From the IMG/VR virus record IMGVR_UViG_3300013121_000015, positions 62,001 through 126,000 of that record: a stretch of DNA of 64,000 bases; one strand, 5' to 3'. The notes below the pieces were generated by a model. That model was not told the origin of the DNA, did no database searches, and worked only from the letters and a program-made list of their open reading frames with translations. The stretch is from an uncultured virus (IMG/VR IMGVR_UViG_3300013121_000015) (Duplodnaviria; Heunggongvirae; Uroviricota; Caudoviricetes). Of the stretch, positions 19,245 through 26,604 are shown piece by piece (the stretch's first letter is position 1; the number at the start of each line of letters is the position of its first letter). Made by a program: the position numbers and the translations under genes.

Positions 19245-20149
19245 TCCTCCTGGGCCTGTCCCCGGCCGAGCGCGCTGAGGCCATCCGGACCCGAGCCGCG
19301 GAGGTCCAGGCCAGCAAGGTCTACGTGATCAGCCCGGCCCGGTTCCACCTCCCCGGGCACGTCGAGATGACCAACCCGGAGACGGAGTGCGACGGGCGGC
19401 CCGGCCTGTTCATCGACTGGTCCAGCGTGATCCTGTACCGGTACTACTACCGGCTGCTCCAGGAGATCGGCCCGGACACGCTCCTGGTGGTCAACGAGGG
19501 GCTGAGGACGCAGAACCGGCACGACCTGGCCTACAACTGCATCCGGGCCTACGCGAACCGGACGCCCCATGTCCTGGTCCTGTCCACCTTCCCGATCATC
19601 GACCAACCCGACGACGTGATGACGCTGATCGACTGGGTGACCCGCTCCAAGTGGAAGCGCGACCCCTTCAACCCGTCCATGCTGGCCGAGGTCGAGGTGC
19701 GCGGGCGCGTGCCGGTTCCCACCTTCGAGGCGGTCCACGTCGAGGTAGACCAGCGCACCCGGGACGCCTACGCGGTCGAGAAGGCGAAGGTGCTGGCGGA
19801 GCTACGGGCAGACGGCGACAAGGACCCGCACGTCTTGCCCCGGGCCCTGCACCTCGTCTCCGGGAAGGCAAAGCTGACCCACGTCCGGCCCGGCGTGTCC
19901 TACCTGGGCCGCAACAACCGCTTCAAGGTCGAGGGCCTGGAGACGTGGCGCGACGTGGCTACGGAGGGCGAGCGGACCGCCTTCGAGCTCCCCCACAACC
20001 TGATCGACGTGGCCGACGCGCTGGCCATGACCCGCGCCACCCACGTCCCCGTGCTGGTCGCCGACACCAAGGCCGACCGCTGGTACTTCGAGCGCGTCCA
20101 GGGCTGGGCCGGGAGGGTGCGGGATGCCGCGTCAGCACTTCACCGGTGA
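19241..20149 (+). CDS. Hypothetical protein, possibly a degenerate SF2-helicase-like fold
   Basis: LLVVNE at a Walker-B-like position; coupled to flanking genes. Confidence 0.55.
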   Translation: MILLGLSPAERAEAIRTRAAEVQASKVYVISPARFHLPGHVEMTNPETECDGRPGLFIDWSSVILYRYYYRLLQEIGPDTLLVVNEGLRTQNRHDLAYNCIRAYANRTPHVLVLSTFPIIDQPDDVMTLIDWVTRSKWKRDPFNPSMLAEVEVRGRVPVPTFEAVHVEVDQRTRDAYAVEKAKVLAELRADGDKDPHVLPRALHLVSGKAKLTHVRPGVSYLGRNNRFKVEGLETWRDVATEGERTAFELPHNLIDVADALAMTRATHVPVLVADTKADRWYFERVQGWAGRVRDAASALHR

Positions 20150-21254
20150 GACGGTACTGGAGGCCGCACGCCGCCGGGTAAGCTTCATCCTGGACACGTT
20201 CGGCGAGAAGCTGATCGTCAGCGTGTCCGGGGGCAAGGACAGCACCGTACTGGCCCACCTCGCGCTGGTCGAGGCCGCCCGTCGGGGGCTCCGGATCGGG
20301 GTTCACTTGTTGGACGAGGAGGTCATGTACCAGTCCAGCGTGGATCAGGTGGACTACCTGATGAGCCTGTTCCCCGAGCACACCCGCCGGCTGTGGCTCC
20401 AGGTCCCGTTCAGGCTCACGAACGCGACCAGCCTGACGGAAGGGCAACTGGACGCCTGGGAGCCCGGGTCCCACAAGGTCTGGATGCGGCCCAAGCGGCC
20501 GGACGCGATCCAGCACCCGCCCTGGACGCCAGCCCAGGTGAGCGTCCGGGACAAGCACAAGGGCTTCGGGTTCTACGACGTGATCGACACGTTCGCCCGC
20601 TGCTACCCCGGCCACGCCTTCCTGGTCGGCCTACGCGCCGCGGGGGAGAGCCCCAACCGCTGGCGAGCGGTCACCAAGAACCCGGTCGAGATCGGGGGCC
20701 AGCGCGTCTACTGGGGCACAGCCAAGGGCGAGACGTTCACGCTGTACCCGATCTACGACTGGAACGCGCATGACGTGTGGAAGTACATCGCGACCGAGGG
20801 GATCCGGTACTCCCGCATCTACGACTTCCAGCACCGGCTCGGGTACCCGCTGTCCGAGCGCCGGGTGTCCAGCCTGACCCACGAGCGGTCCTTCAAGGCG
20901 CTGGCCGACCTGCCCGCCTTCGAGCCCAAGACCTACGCGCGGCTGCTCAAGCGGATCAAGGGGATCGCGCTGGCCCAGGAGACGGCGAAGTCGGCCAAGC
21001 TCTTCGCGTGCCGGAAGTTGCCCAAAGGCTACCGGTCCTGGCGCACGTACCGGGACTTCCTGCTGGCTACCCACCCGGACCAGTCCAAGGCGGACATCTT
21101 CCGGGCCCGGTTCGCGCGCCACTTGGACAACGAGTTCGTGGCCCGCCAGCAGGTGCGCCAGCTCGTCTTGAACGACTACGAGAACAACCTGCCCGTGGAC
21201 TCCAAACCGGACCCGCGCGACGCGCTGATCGCCTACTACGACGAGGTGCTGTGA
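20124..21254 (+). CDS. ibrA: IbrA-like / DUF3440-type PAPS reductase-fold protein
   Basis: TVLEAARRRVSFI, VSVSGGKDSTVL, LDEE, LVGLRA.ESPNRW, YPIYDW..DVWKY, YSRIYD. Confidence 0.8.
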   Translation: MPRQHFTGETVLEAARRRVSFILDTFGEKLIVSVSGGKDSTVLAHLALVEAARRGLRIGVHLLDEEVMYQSSVDQVDYLMSLFPEHTRRLWLQVPFRLTNATSLTEGQLDAWEPGSHKVWMRPKRPDAIQHPPWTPAQVSVRDKHKGFGFYDVIDTFARCYPGHAFLVGLRAAGESPNRWRAVTKNPVEIGGQRVYWGTAKGETFTLYPIYDWNAHDVWKYIATEGIRYSRIYDFQHRLGYPLSERRVSSLTHERSFKALADLPAFEPKTYARLLKRIKGIALAQETAKSAKLFACRKLPKGYRSWRTYRDFLLATHPDQSKADIFRARFARHLDNEFVARQQVRQLVLNDYENNLPVDSKPDPRDALIAYYDEVL

Positions 21255-21850
21255 TGGACCGAATCGACACGGTGGCGGACTTCCTGGCGTGGCGTGAGGC
21301 CGACCCGGGCGACGCCTGGATCGTGTCCAAGACCCACGGCCGGATCCCTGTCCCCTGCCTGCGCGTGGCGCTGGTCCTGACCTCGATGGTGGTCGAGAAC
21401 CTGTACAACCCCAACGAGGTGAGCCCGGACAAGATGGACCTGCTCCAGACCTCGATCCTCGCCAACGGGTTCTGCTTCCCGGTGGTGACGGTGTGGGATC
21501 CAGAGGCCGAGCGGTTCATCGTGATCGACGGCGCGCACCGGCGCCAGATCCTCGGCTCGGACTGGCTCGACTGCGACTACGTGCCCGTGGTGGTGCTGCC
21601 TCACGACATGCGGCACCGCCTGGCCGCGACCTGGCAGTTCAACAAGGCGCGCGGGGTCCATCAGGTAGACCTGGACGCCGACCTGATCCGCCGGATGATC
21701 GAGCAGGGCGTGAGCGACGAGGAGATCGCCGCTGCGCTCGGGACCGACCTGGACACGGTTCACCGGTACAAGCAGGTGACGGGGATCGCCGAGCTGTTCC
21801 GGGGCGCGAACTGGTCCGGCGCGTGGGAGATGGTGGAGGACGAGGGGTAG
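21254..21850 (+). CDS. ibrB: IbrB-like ParB/Srx-domain protein
   Basis: NLYNPNEV..MDLL..SI..NGFCFPVV, VIDGAHR, ATWQFNKARGVH, C-terminal HTH. Confidence 0.85.
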   Translation: MDRIDTVADFLAWREADPGDAWIVSKTHGRIPVPCLRVALVLTSMVVENLYNPNEVSPDKMDLLQTSILANGFCFPVVTVWDPEAERFIVIDGAHRRQILGSDWLDCDYVPVVVLPHDMRHRLAATWQFNKARGVHQVDLDADLIRRMIEQGVSDEEIAAALGTDLDTVHRYKQVTGIAELFRGANWSGAWEMVEDEG

Positions 21851-21855
21851 CGGAC

Positions 21856-21906
21856 GGATTATTTTCTATTCGCTATTGCGCGTCTGAATGTAGCATAGTA
21901 ATAGTT
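21856..21906 (+). promoter_or_regulatory. Sigma70-like promoter (TTGCGC-N17-TAATAG)
   Basis: AT-rich island; -35-like hexamer at 21876; shares GGATTATTTTCT with the 16803 site. Confidence 0.6.
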
Positions 21907-21946
21907 AGTCATGGGGCGGCGATGGAGCGGCCCCAAGGAGAGCCCG

Positions 21947-22246
21947 ATGACCGCCACCCATGCCGCCACCCTCGCCCATTTGAACACCCTCCGCGCCGAC
22001 AGCAATGCTGCCCTCCGCGTCATGGAGCGCGCGAGCCAGAATGGTACGTTCGAGGACTGGCGCACCGCACACGCCGCCGCGAAGATCGTGTGCGAGAAGG
22101 AGCGGATCGAGCGTGAGCGCGTCATCGCGGCTGGCTTTGAGGGCGACGTTGACTTCGAGTTTGCGGTTCTTGGGCGCCTCACACGGCGGCATGAGCGGTC
22201 GAGCATGACGACTCAGGAAGTGCGCGCCGCGCTGTACGGGGCCTGA
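21947..22246 (+). CDS. Hypothetical protein
   Basis: AAGGAG SD after a stem-loop. Confidence 0.6.
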   Translation: MTATHAATLAHLNTLRADSNAALRVMERASQNGTFEDWRTAHAAAKIVCEKERIERERVIAAGFEGDVDFEFAVLGRLTRRHERSSMTTQEVRAALYGA

Positions 22247-22247
22247 T

Positions 22248-22559
22248 ATGCCCCCCGGCCGCCCCCGCACCCTCCTGTCTGTTCCGTGCGACATCCACGG
22301 GGACGGACCCTGCCCGTCTCCGAACGGCTGCAAGAACCGCCGGGCGCGCGCCGGGCTCCCGGTCGAGCGTCCCCTGGGCAAGCGCGAGGCGCGGTCCCTC
22401 GCCGCCGGACTGATCGTGAGCTGGACGCGGGGCACGCTGGACGCGGGCGCTGAGATCACGGGGCGGGACGGGGCCGTGCTGGACCCGGAGAGCCGGGAGT
22501 GGGAGCTGGTCCGGGACGCCATCGACCTGCTCCTGGCGGAGATGGACGCGCGGTGCTGA
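22248..22559 (+). CDS. Hypothetical protein
   Basis: Coupled to neighbours; GRPR N-terminus, Cys cluster. Confidence 0.5.
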   Translation: MPPGRPRTLLSVPCDIHGDGPCPSPNGCKNRRARAGLPVERPLGKREARSLAAGLIVSWTRGTLDAGAEITGRDGAVLDPESREWELVRDAIDLLLAEMDARC

Positions 22560-23398
22560 CCCGCTGGCGCACCCTCTCCGCCCACCTGCCCCCGGACGCC
22601 ATCCCGGACCGGCCCGACTTCGGAGCCCGCTACCCCTGGCGAGACGTGGCCCTGCACGCGCGGTCGGTAGAGCTGGGCCGGCGGGTGGAGCAGGCCCGGC
22701 GAGCGCTCGACCTGGCCCTGTCCCTGGACGTGCCCGGGGGCTGGCGCCTGAGCCTGTCCGGTGGCAAGGACTCGTCCGCGCTGGCGGCCCTGTGCGCGGG
22801 CCAGCCCCTCCAAGCCATGTCGGTCAAGGACGACCTGGACTACCCCGGCGAGCGCGAGGCCCTACACCAGCTCGTCCAGCGCACCGGCCACGCGCTGACC
22901 ATCCTGACCCCGCCGGTGTCCCTGCTGGCGTACCTCCAGACCACCCGGCCCAGTCTGGTCGAGGACCTGCACGGGCGCACGGCCGACCTGTCCGCGCGCT
23001 GGTTCTACGGGCTCCTGGAACAGCACCGGACCGAGCATGGCTACGGGGGCGTGCTCCTGGGTCTGCGCGCCCAGGAGAGCCGCGGACGGGCCATGAACAG
23101 GGCCATGCGCGGCTACCTCTACCAGCGCGCCTCGGACGGGCTGCACGTGGCCCAGCCCCTCGCCGACTGGTCCGCGCTGGACGTACATGCGTACCTCTGG
23201 CGGGAGCAGGTCCCGGTCTTGCCGGTCTACCTGTGCGTGGACCCTGGCATGGACGCGCTCGGGATCCGCAAGTCTTGGTGGGTCTGCGGTGGCGGCCCGG
23301 CCAGGAACGGCAGTCACTACGGCTGGCTGCGCCGGTGGTGGCCCGCGTGCTGGCGGCTGGCGGTCGAGATCGACCCGGAGGTCGGACGGCTGAGCTGA
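22553..23398 (+). CDS. cysH: CysH-like PAPS reductase-fold protein (type IV-B accessory type)
   Basis: LSLSGGKDSSAL, LLGLRAQESRGR, PLADWSALDVHAYL..LPVY; downstream of the csf genes. Confidence 0.8.
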   Translation: MLTRWRTLSAHLPPDAIPDRPDFGARYPWRDVALHARSVELGRRVEQARRALDLALSLDVPGGWRLSLSGGKDSSALAALCAGQPLQAMSVKDDLDYPGEREALHQLVQRTGHALTILTPPVSLLAYLQTTRPSLVEDLHGRTADLSARWFYGLLEQHRTEHGYGGVLLGLRAQESRGRAMNRAMRGYLYQRASDGLHVAQPLADWSALDVHAYLWREQVPVLPVYLCVDPGMDALGIRKSWWVCGGGPARNGSHYGWLRRWWPACWRLAVEIDPEVGRLS

Positions 23399-23426
23399 GC
23401 GGCTACCTCCACCCCGGAGGTGCCTC

Positions 23427-23630
23427 TTGAACGCTCACCAGCGACGGACCGTGAAGCGCCGAGCCACGCGGGCGCACAAGCGCGTGGAAGCCTGGGCGCG
23501 GACGTACTGCGCCGCCCGTGGACTCGACCCGGACCTGTGGTTCACCTACACGATCCGCTACTCCGACGAGATCGCTGCCGACTACTGCGCGTCGCACTGG
23601 CCGCCCCGGCACGCCCGGTCGAGGCACTGA
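23427..23630 (+). CDS. Hypothetical protein
   Basis: Motif plus GGAGGT SD, TTG start. Confidence 0.55.
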   Translation: MNAHQRRTVKRRATRAHKRVEAWARTYCAARGLDPDLWFTYTIRYSDEIAADYCASHWPPRHARSRH

Positions 23631-23632
23631 CC

Positions 23633-24121
23633 GTGGCCCCCGTCTTCATCGGCGAGCACAACCCCTACGGCGACCGCCCCGCGTTCGCGCTGTTCGACGA
23701 GCCTGCGCACTCAGCGGGCGGGCGGCTCCGACGCAAGATCCTGGGCGTGCGGCCCCACACGTACCGGCTGTGCGAACGATACAACCTGTGCGTCGGCACT
23801 TGGGATCGAGAGCGCGCCAAGGTCCGCGCCGCCCAGATCCTGAACGACCACGCGGGCCAGCCCGAGCGCGTCCTGGTGCTGCTGGGCCGGAAGGTGGCGG
23901 AGGCGTTCGGGCTGGCGGACATGCCGGCGTTCAGCTCGCGGCAGATCATCGGCGGGCCGCGCGTGGTGGTGCTGCCGCACCCAAGCGGGCGAAACATGAC
24001 TTGGAACGACCCGGCATCCGTCGCGCGCGCTCGGTTGGCGATCCGGACCGCCTGCCCGGACTTCCCGGTCGGAGAGGCGGAGGTCGAGGCTACCTCCCCG
24101 GACCTGCACCTGGAGGTCTGA
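23633..24121 (+). CDS. Uracil-DNA glycosylase superfamily protein
   Basis: VFIGEHNP, SAGGRL, NLC, VLLGRKVA, LPHPSGRN. Confidence 0.75.
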   Translation: MAPVFIGEHNPYGDRPAFALFDEPAHSAGGRLRRKILGVRPHTYRLCERYNLCVGTWDRERAKVRAAQILNDHAGQPERVLVLLGRKVAEAFGLADMPAFSSRQIIGGPRVVVLPHPSGRNMTWNDPASVARARLAIRTACPDFPVGEAEVEATSPDLHLEV

Positions 24122-24124
24122 GCC

Positions 24125-24691
24125 ATGCACCGCGAGATCCTGTCCTTCCTGGAGCATGTTCGGCGCGAGGCTCGGCTGGGCGACCGTCCTGCGCACCGCG
24201 TCGTCGAGATCGGCGCCTTCGACATCAACGGGTCCGCCCGCGAGGTCTTCGGTCCGGTCGCGCGCCAGTACGTCGGCGTGGACCACCGACCCGGCCCCGG
24301 CGTGAACGTGGTGGCGCTGGCGCACGACTACGACCCGGCCCAACCCTTCGACGTGGCGCTCTGCTGCCAGGTGCTGGAGCACGACCCCTACTGGCCCGCG
24401 ACGCTCATCCAGTTGTGCTGGCTGGTCCGGGAAGGTGGCGTCGTGGTCGTGACGTGCGCGGGCCCCGGCTACGTCCGACACGAGCTGGACACCAGCCCGG
24501 GGTACCAGCCGGACGCCACCGACCACCACTACCGGAACGTCAGCGCGGCCGAGGTCGCAGACCTGCTGCGCGCGGGCGCCCGGTACATCGACCTGGACGT
24601 GGTGGAGCTCCACGCGCACGAGGCCCGGAACCGCGAGGGCGGGCTGGACACGCTCGCCTGGGCGCGGTTCGCCGTGCCCGTCGGGAGCTGA
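24125..24691 (+). CDS. Class I SAM-dependent methyltransferase
   Basis: VVEIGAFDING, YVGVD..GPGV, FDVALCCQVLEHDP, GGVVVVT. Confidence 0.85.
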   Translation: MHREILSFLEHVRREARLGDRPAHRVVEIGAFDINGSAREVFGPVARQYVGVDHRPGPGVNVVALAHDYDPAQPFDVALCCQVLEHDPYWPATLIQLCWLVREGGVVVVTCAGPGYVRHELDTSPGYQPDATDHHYRNVSAAEVADLLRAGARYIDLDVVELHAHEARNREGGLDTLAWARFAVPVGS

Positions 24692-24692
24692 C

Positions 24693-25154
24693 GTGCTCAC
24701 CGAGGTAGACAACGCGCCGCGCGCCGCGCCGGACGCCGCCGCGTCCCCACGCGGAATTCCGGCGGACCAGGAGTGGCTCACGGTCGAACAAGCAGCGGCC
24801 TGGATCGGCGTGTCTCGGCGGACGATGGACAACATGCGTGCGGCTGGACGCCTGGACAGCGCCTACTTCCAGGTCGGGGCGGTCGTCAGGTACCACCGGG
24901 TCGCACTCAAGGAGGTGCTTCTTGGCACATCTGCTGCGGAAACCGAGACGAAACCCGGACACCGGGAAGACCGAGACCTACTACCAGATCCAGCACCCCG
25001 GCCGGAAGGTCTTCACGCTGGGGTACGTGACGGAGGAAGAGGCGGAGGAGGGCCTGATCCTGTTCAAGGCGGCGCTGGTCCGGGAGCGCCGGGGCGACGG
25101 AGATCGGCTGGTCTCGATGCTCTCCGCGCTGGGATTATCCCTCCCCGAAAGTGA
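24693..25154 (+). CDS. Excisionase-like HTH_17 protein
   Basis: WLTVEQAAAWIGVSRRTM..VGAVVRY; immediately upstream of and overlapping the integrase. Confidence 0.75.
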   Translation: MLTEVDNAPRAAPDAAASPRGIPADQEWLTVEQAAAWIGVSRRTMDNMRAAGRLDSAYFQVGAVVRYHRVALKEVLLGTSAAETETKPGHREDRDLLPDPAPRPEGLHAGVRDGGRGGGGPDPVQGGAGPGAPGRRRSAGLDALRAGIIPPRK

Positions 25155-26250
25155 ACCCGAGCGCCCGCCCGTGCCGCTGGTCCGGGAGTGGTGGGGCGAC
25201 ATCGCGCAGCCCTGGCCGACGTGGCCGGAGTGCGGGATGCGGACGTGGCTCGACGCGCGGGGCGTGACCGGCAAGGCGCTCCGGAATTGGGACGAGTCGC
25301 GCCGCCGGCTGGTCCGGGAGGTCGGGCACCTGCGCCTGGACCAGCTTACCCGCGCCGAGATCGACACGTTCATCGCGCGTCTGCGCGCCGACCGGTACTC
25401 GGACCGCACGGTCCAGATCCGGGTGGGGCACGTCCTGGGCGGGCTCAAGGCGGCGCTGGAGCACGGACACCTGACGACGATCCCGACCGTCCCCCGGCCC
25501 CGGCTGCGCGTCACGAAGGAGCGCGTCTGGGCCACCCCGGACCAGGCGGTGTCTCTGGTCGAGGCGTTGCGCCGCCGGGCGACGGACGGGCGGTTGAGCC
25601 ACGCGAGCCACGCCGCGATCCTGGTCGGGCTGACCCTGGGCCTGCGCCCCGGCGAGATCCGGACCCGGCGCTGGGAGCACCTGGACCGGTCCGCCGGCAC
25701 GATCTCGGTCTGCCCGGTGGAGCTGCCAGACGGGACCACCTGGGTACCGAAGTGCGCGAAGTCGCGCACCGTCCAGGTCCCGGCGAACCTGCTGGCCGCG
25801 CTGGCTGAGGAGCACATCCGGCAGGGGCGCGCGCCCGGGTGGATGTTCCCCAGCCCGACGAAGCCGGGGTACCCGCTGGGCAGCTTCCGCAAGGCGCTCC
25901 AGGGTGCGTGTACGGAAGCGGGGCTGCCCGCCACGCTCCACCCGCACGCGCTGCGGCACACGGCTGCGACGGCGCTGGCGTGGCAGGGCGCGAGCCTGCG
26001 CGACCTGATGGATCACTGCGGCTGGTCCACCGAGGCCATGGCGAAGGTGTACCTGCACTCGAACACCGCGCGCCTGCGCGAACTCGTGTCCGCAGCGGAG
26101 CCGATGGGCCCCGCGACCCCCGGGACGCCCGTTCAGGAGGTGGAGGGGGATCGGCCTACCAACGCAGCTACCAGGGCCGGATCTGGGGCCCGGAAGCGTG
26201 CTAATCTCAGACTTATGGATGTCGAACTGTCGACTAAGAAAGCTGGATAA
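24922..26250 (+). CDS. int: Tyrosine integrase
   Basis: AAGGAGG SD then TTG; GLRPGEI (R), PK (K), HALRHT (HxxR), HCGW, VY (Tyr). Confidence 0.92.
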   Translation: MAHLLRKPRRNPDTGKTETYYQIQHPGRKVFTLGYVTEEEAEEGLILFKAALVRERRGDGDRLVSMLSALGLSLPESEPERPPVPLVREWWGDIAQPWPTWPECGMRTWLDARGVTGKALRNWDESRRRLVREVGHLRLDQLTRAEIDTFIARLRADRYSDRTVQIRVGHVLGGLKAALEHGHLTTIPTVPRPRLRVTKERVWATPDQAVSLVEALRRRATDGRLSHASHAAILVGLTLGLRPGEIRTRRWEHLDRSAGTISVCPVELPDGTTWVPKCAKSRTVQVPANLLAALAEEHIRQGRAPGWMFPSPTKPGYPLGSFRKALQGACTEAGLPATLHPHALRHTAATALAWQGASLRDLMDHCGWSTEAMAKVYLHSNTARLRELVSAAEPMGPATPGTPVQEVEGDRPTNAATRAGSGARKRANLRLMDVELSTKKAG

Positions 26251-26254
26251 TTTT

Positions 26255-26301
26255 TGGTCGGGGTGACTGGATTCGAACCAGCGACCGTCTGCTCCCAAAG
26301 C
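26255..26301 (-). mobile_element. attP-like core: 3' half of tRNA-Pro(TGG)
   Basis: Minus strand reads GCTTTGGGAGCAGACGGTCGCTGGTTCGAATCCAGTCACCCCGACCA: anticodon loop, T-arm, CCA end; no 5' half; 4 bp after the int stop. Confidence 0.88.
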
Positions 26302-26604
26302 GGATTGTCCATCACGGTATACACCGCAAGGACCGCTACAATCGGTTCTTGCGGCCTTACCAGGGATCGCACGCCACTGCACAGGTGAGCAGGGGATCGC
26401 CTCCGGAGGATTACGCTGGCTTACCTGATCCACTGTACCTGACCGCTTGTCGGGGTCAGCTTGACGAAGGGACTTGTAACCCGAGCGACCCGCCGTGGGG
26501 GAGGTGTTGCCGGACTTCCCGGACCAGGGTCAGAGTCCGCCGCGCCGGGGCTACCTCGCCGGTATCACCGCTCTGGAAAGAGCGCGTACCCGAGGAGCCC
26601 GACC

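Noticed and set aside
13762..24700. CRISPR array near the csf genes
   Set aside because: No regularly spaced 25-40 bp repeats seen here or elsewhere in the window; GGCTACC copies are short and gene-spaced
26255..26330. Complete tRNA-Pro gene
   Set aside because: The 5' acceptor strand and D-arm are missing and the anticodon stem has a mismatch; treated as an att core
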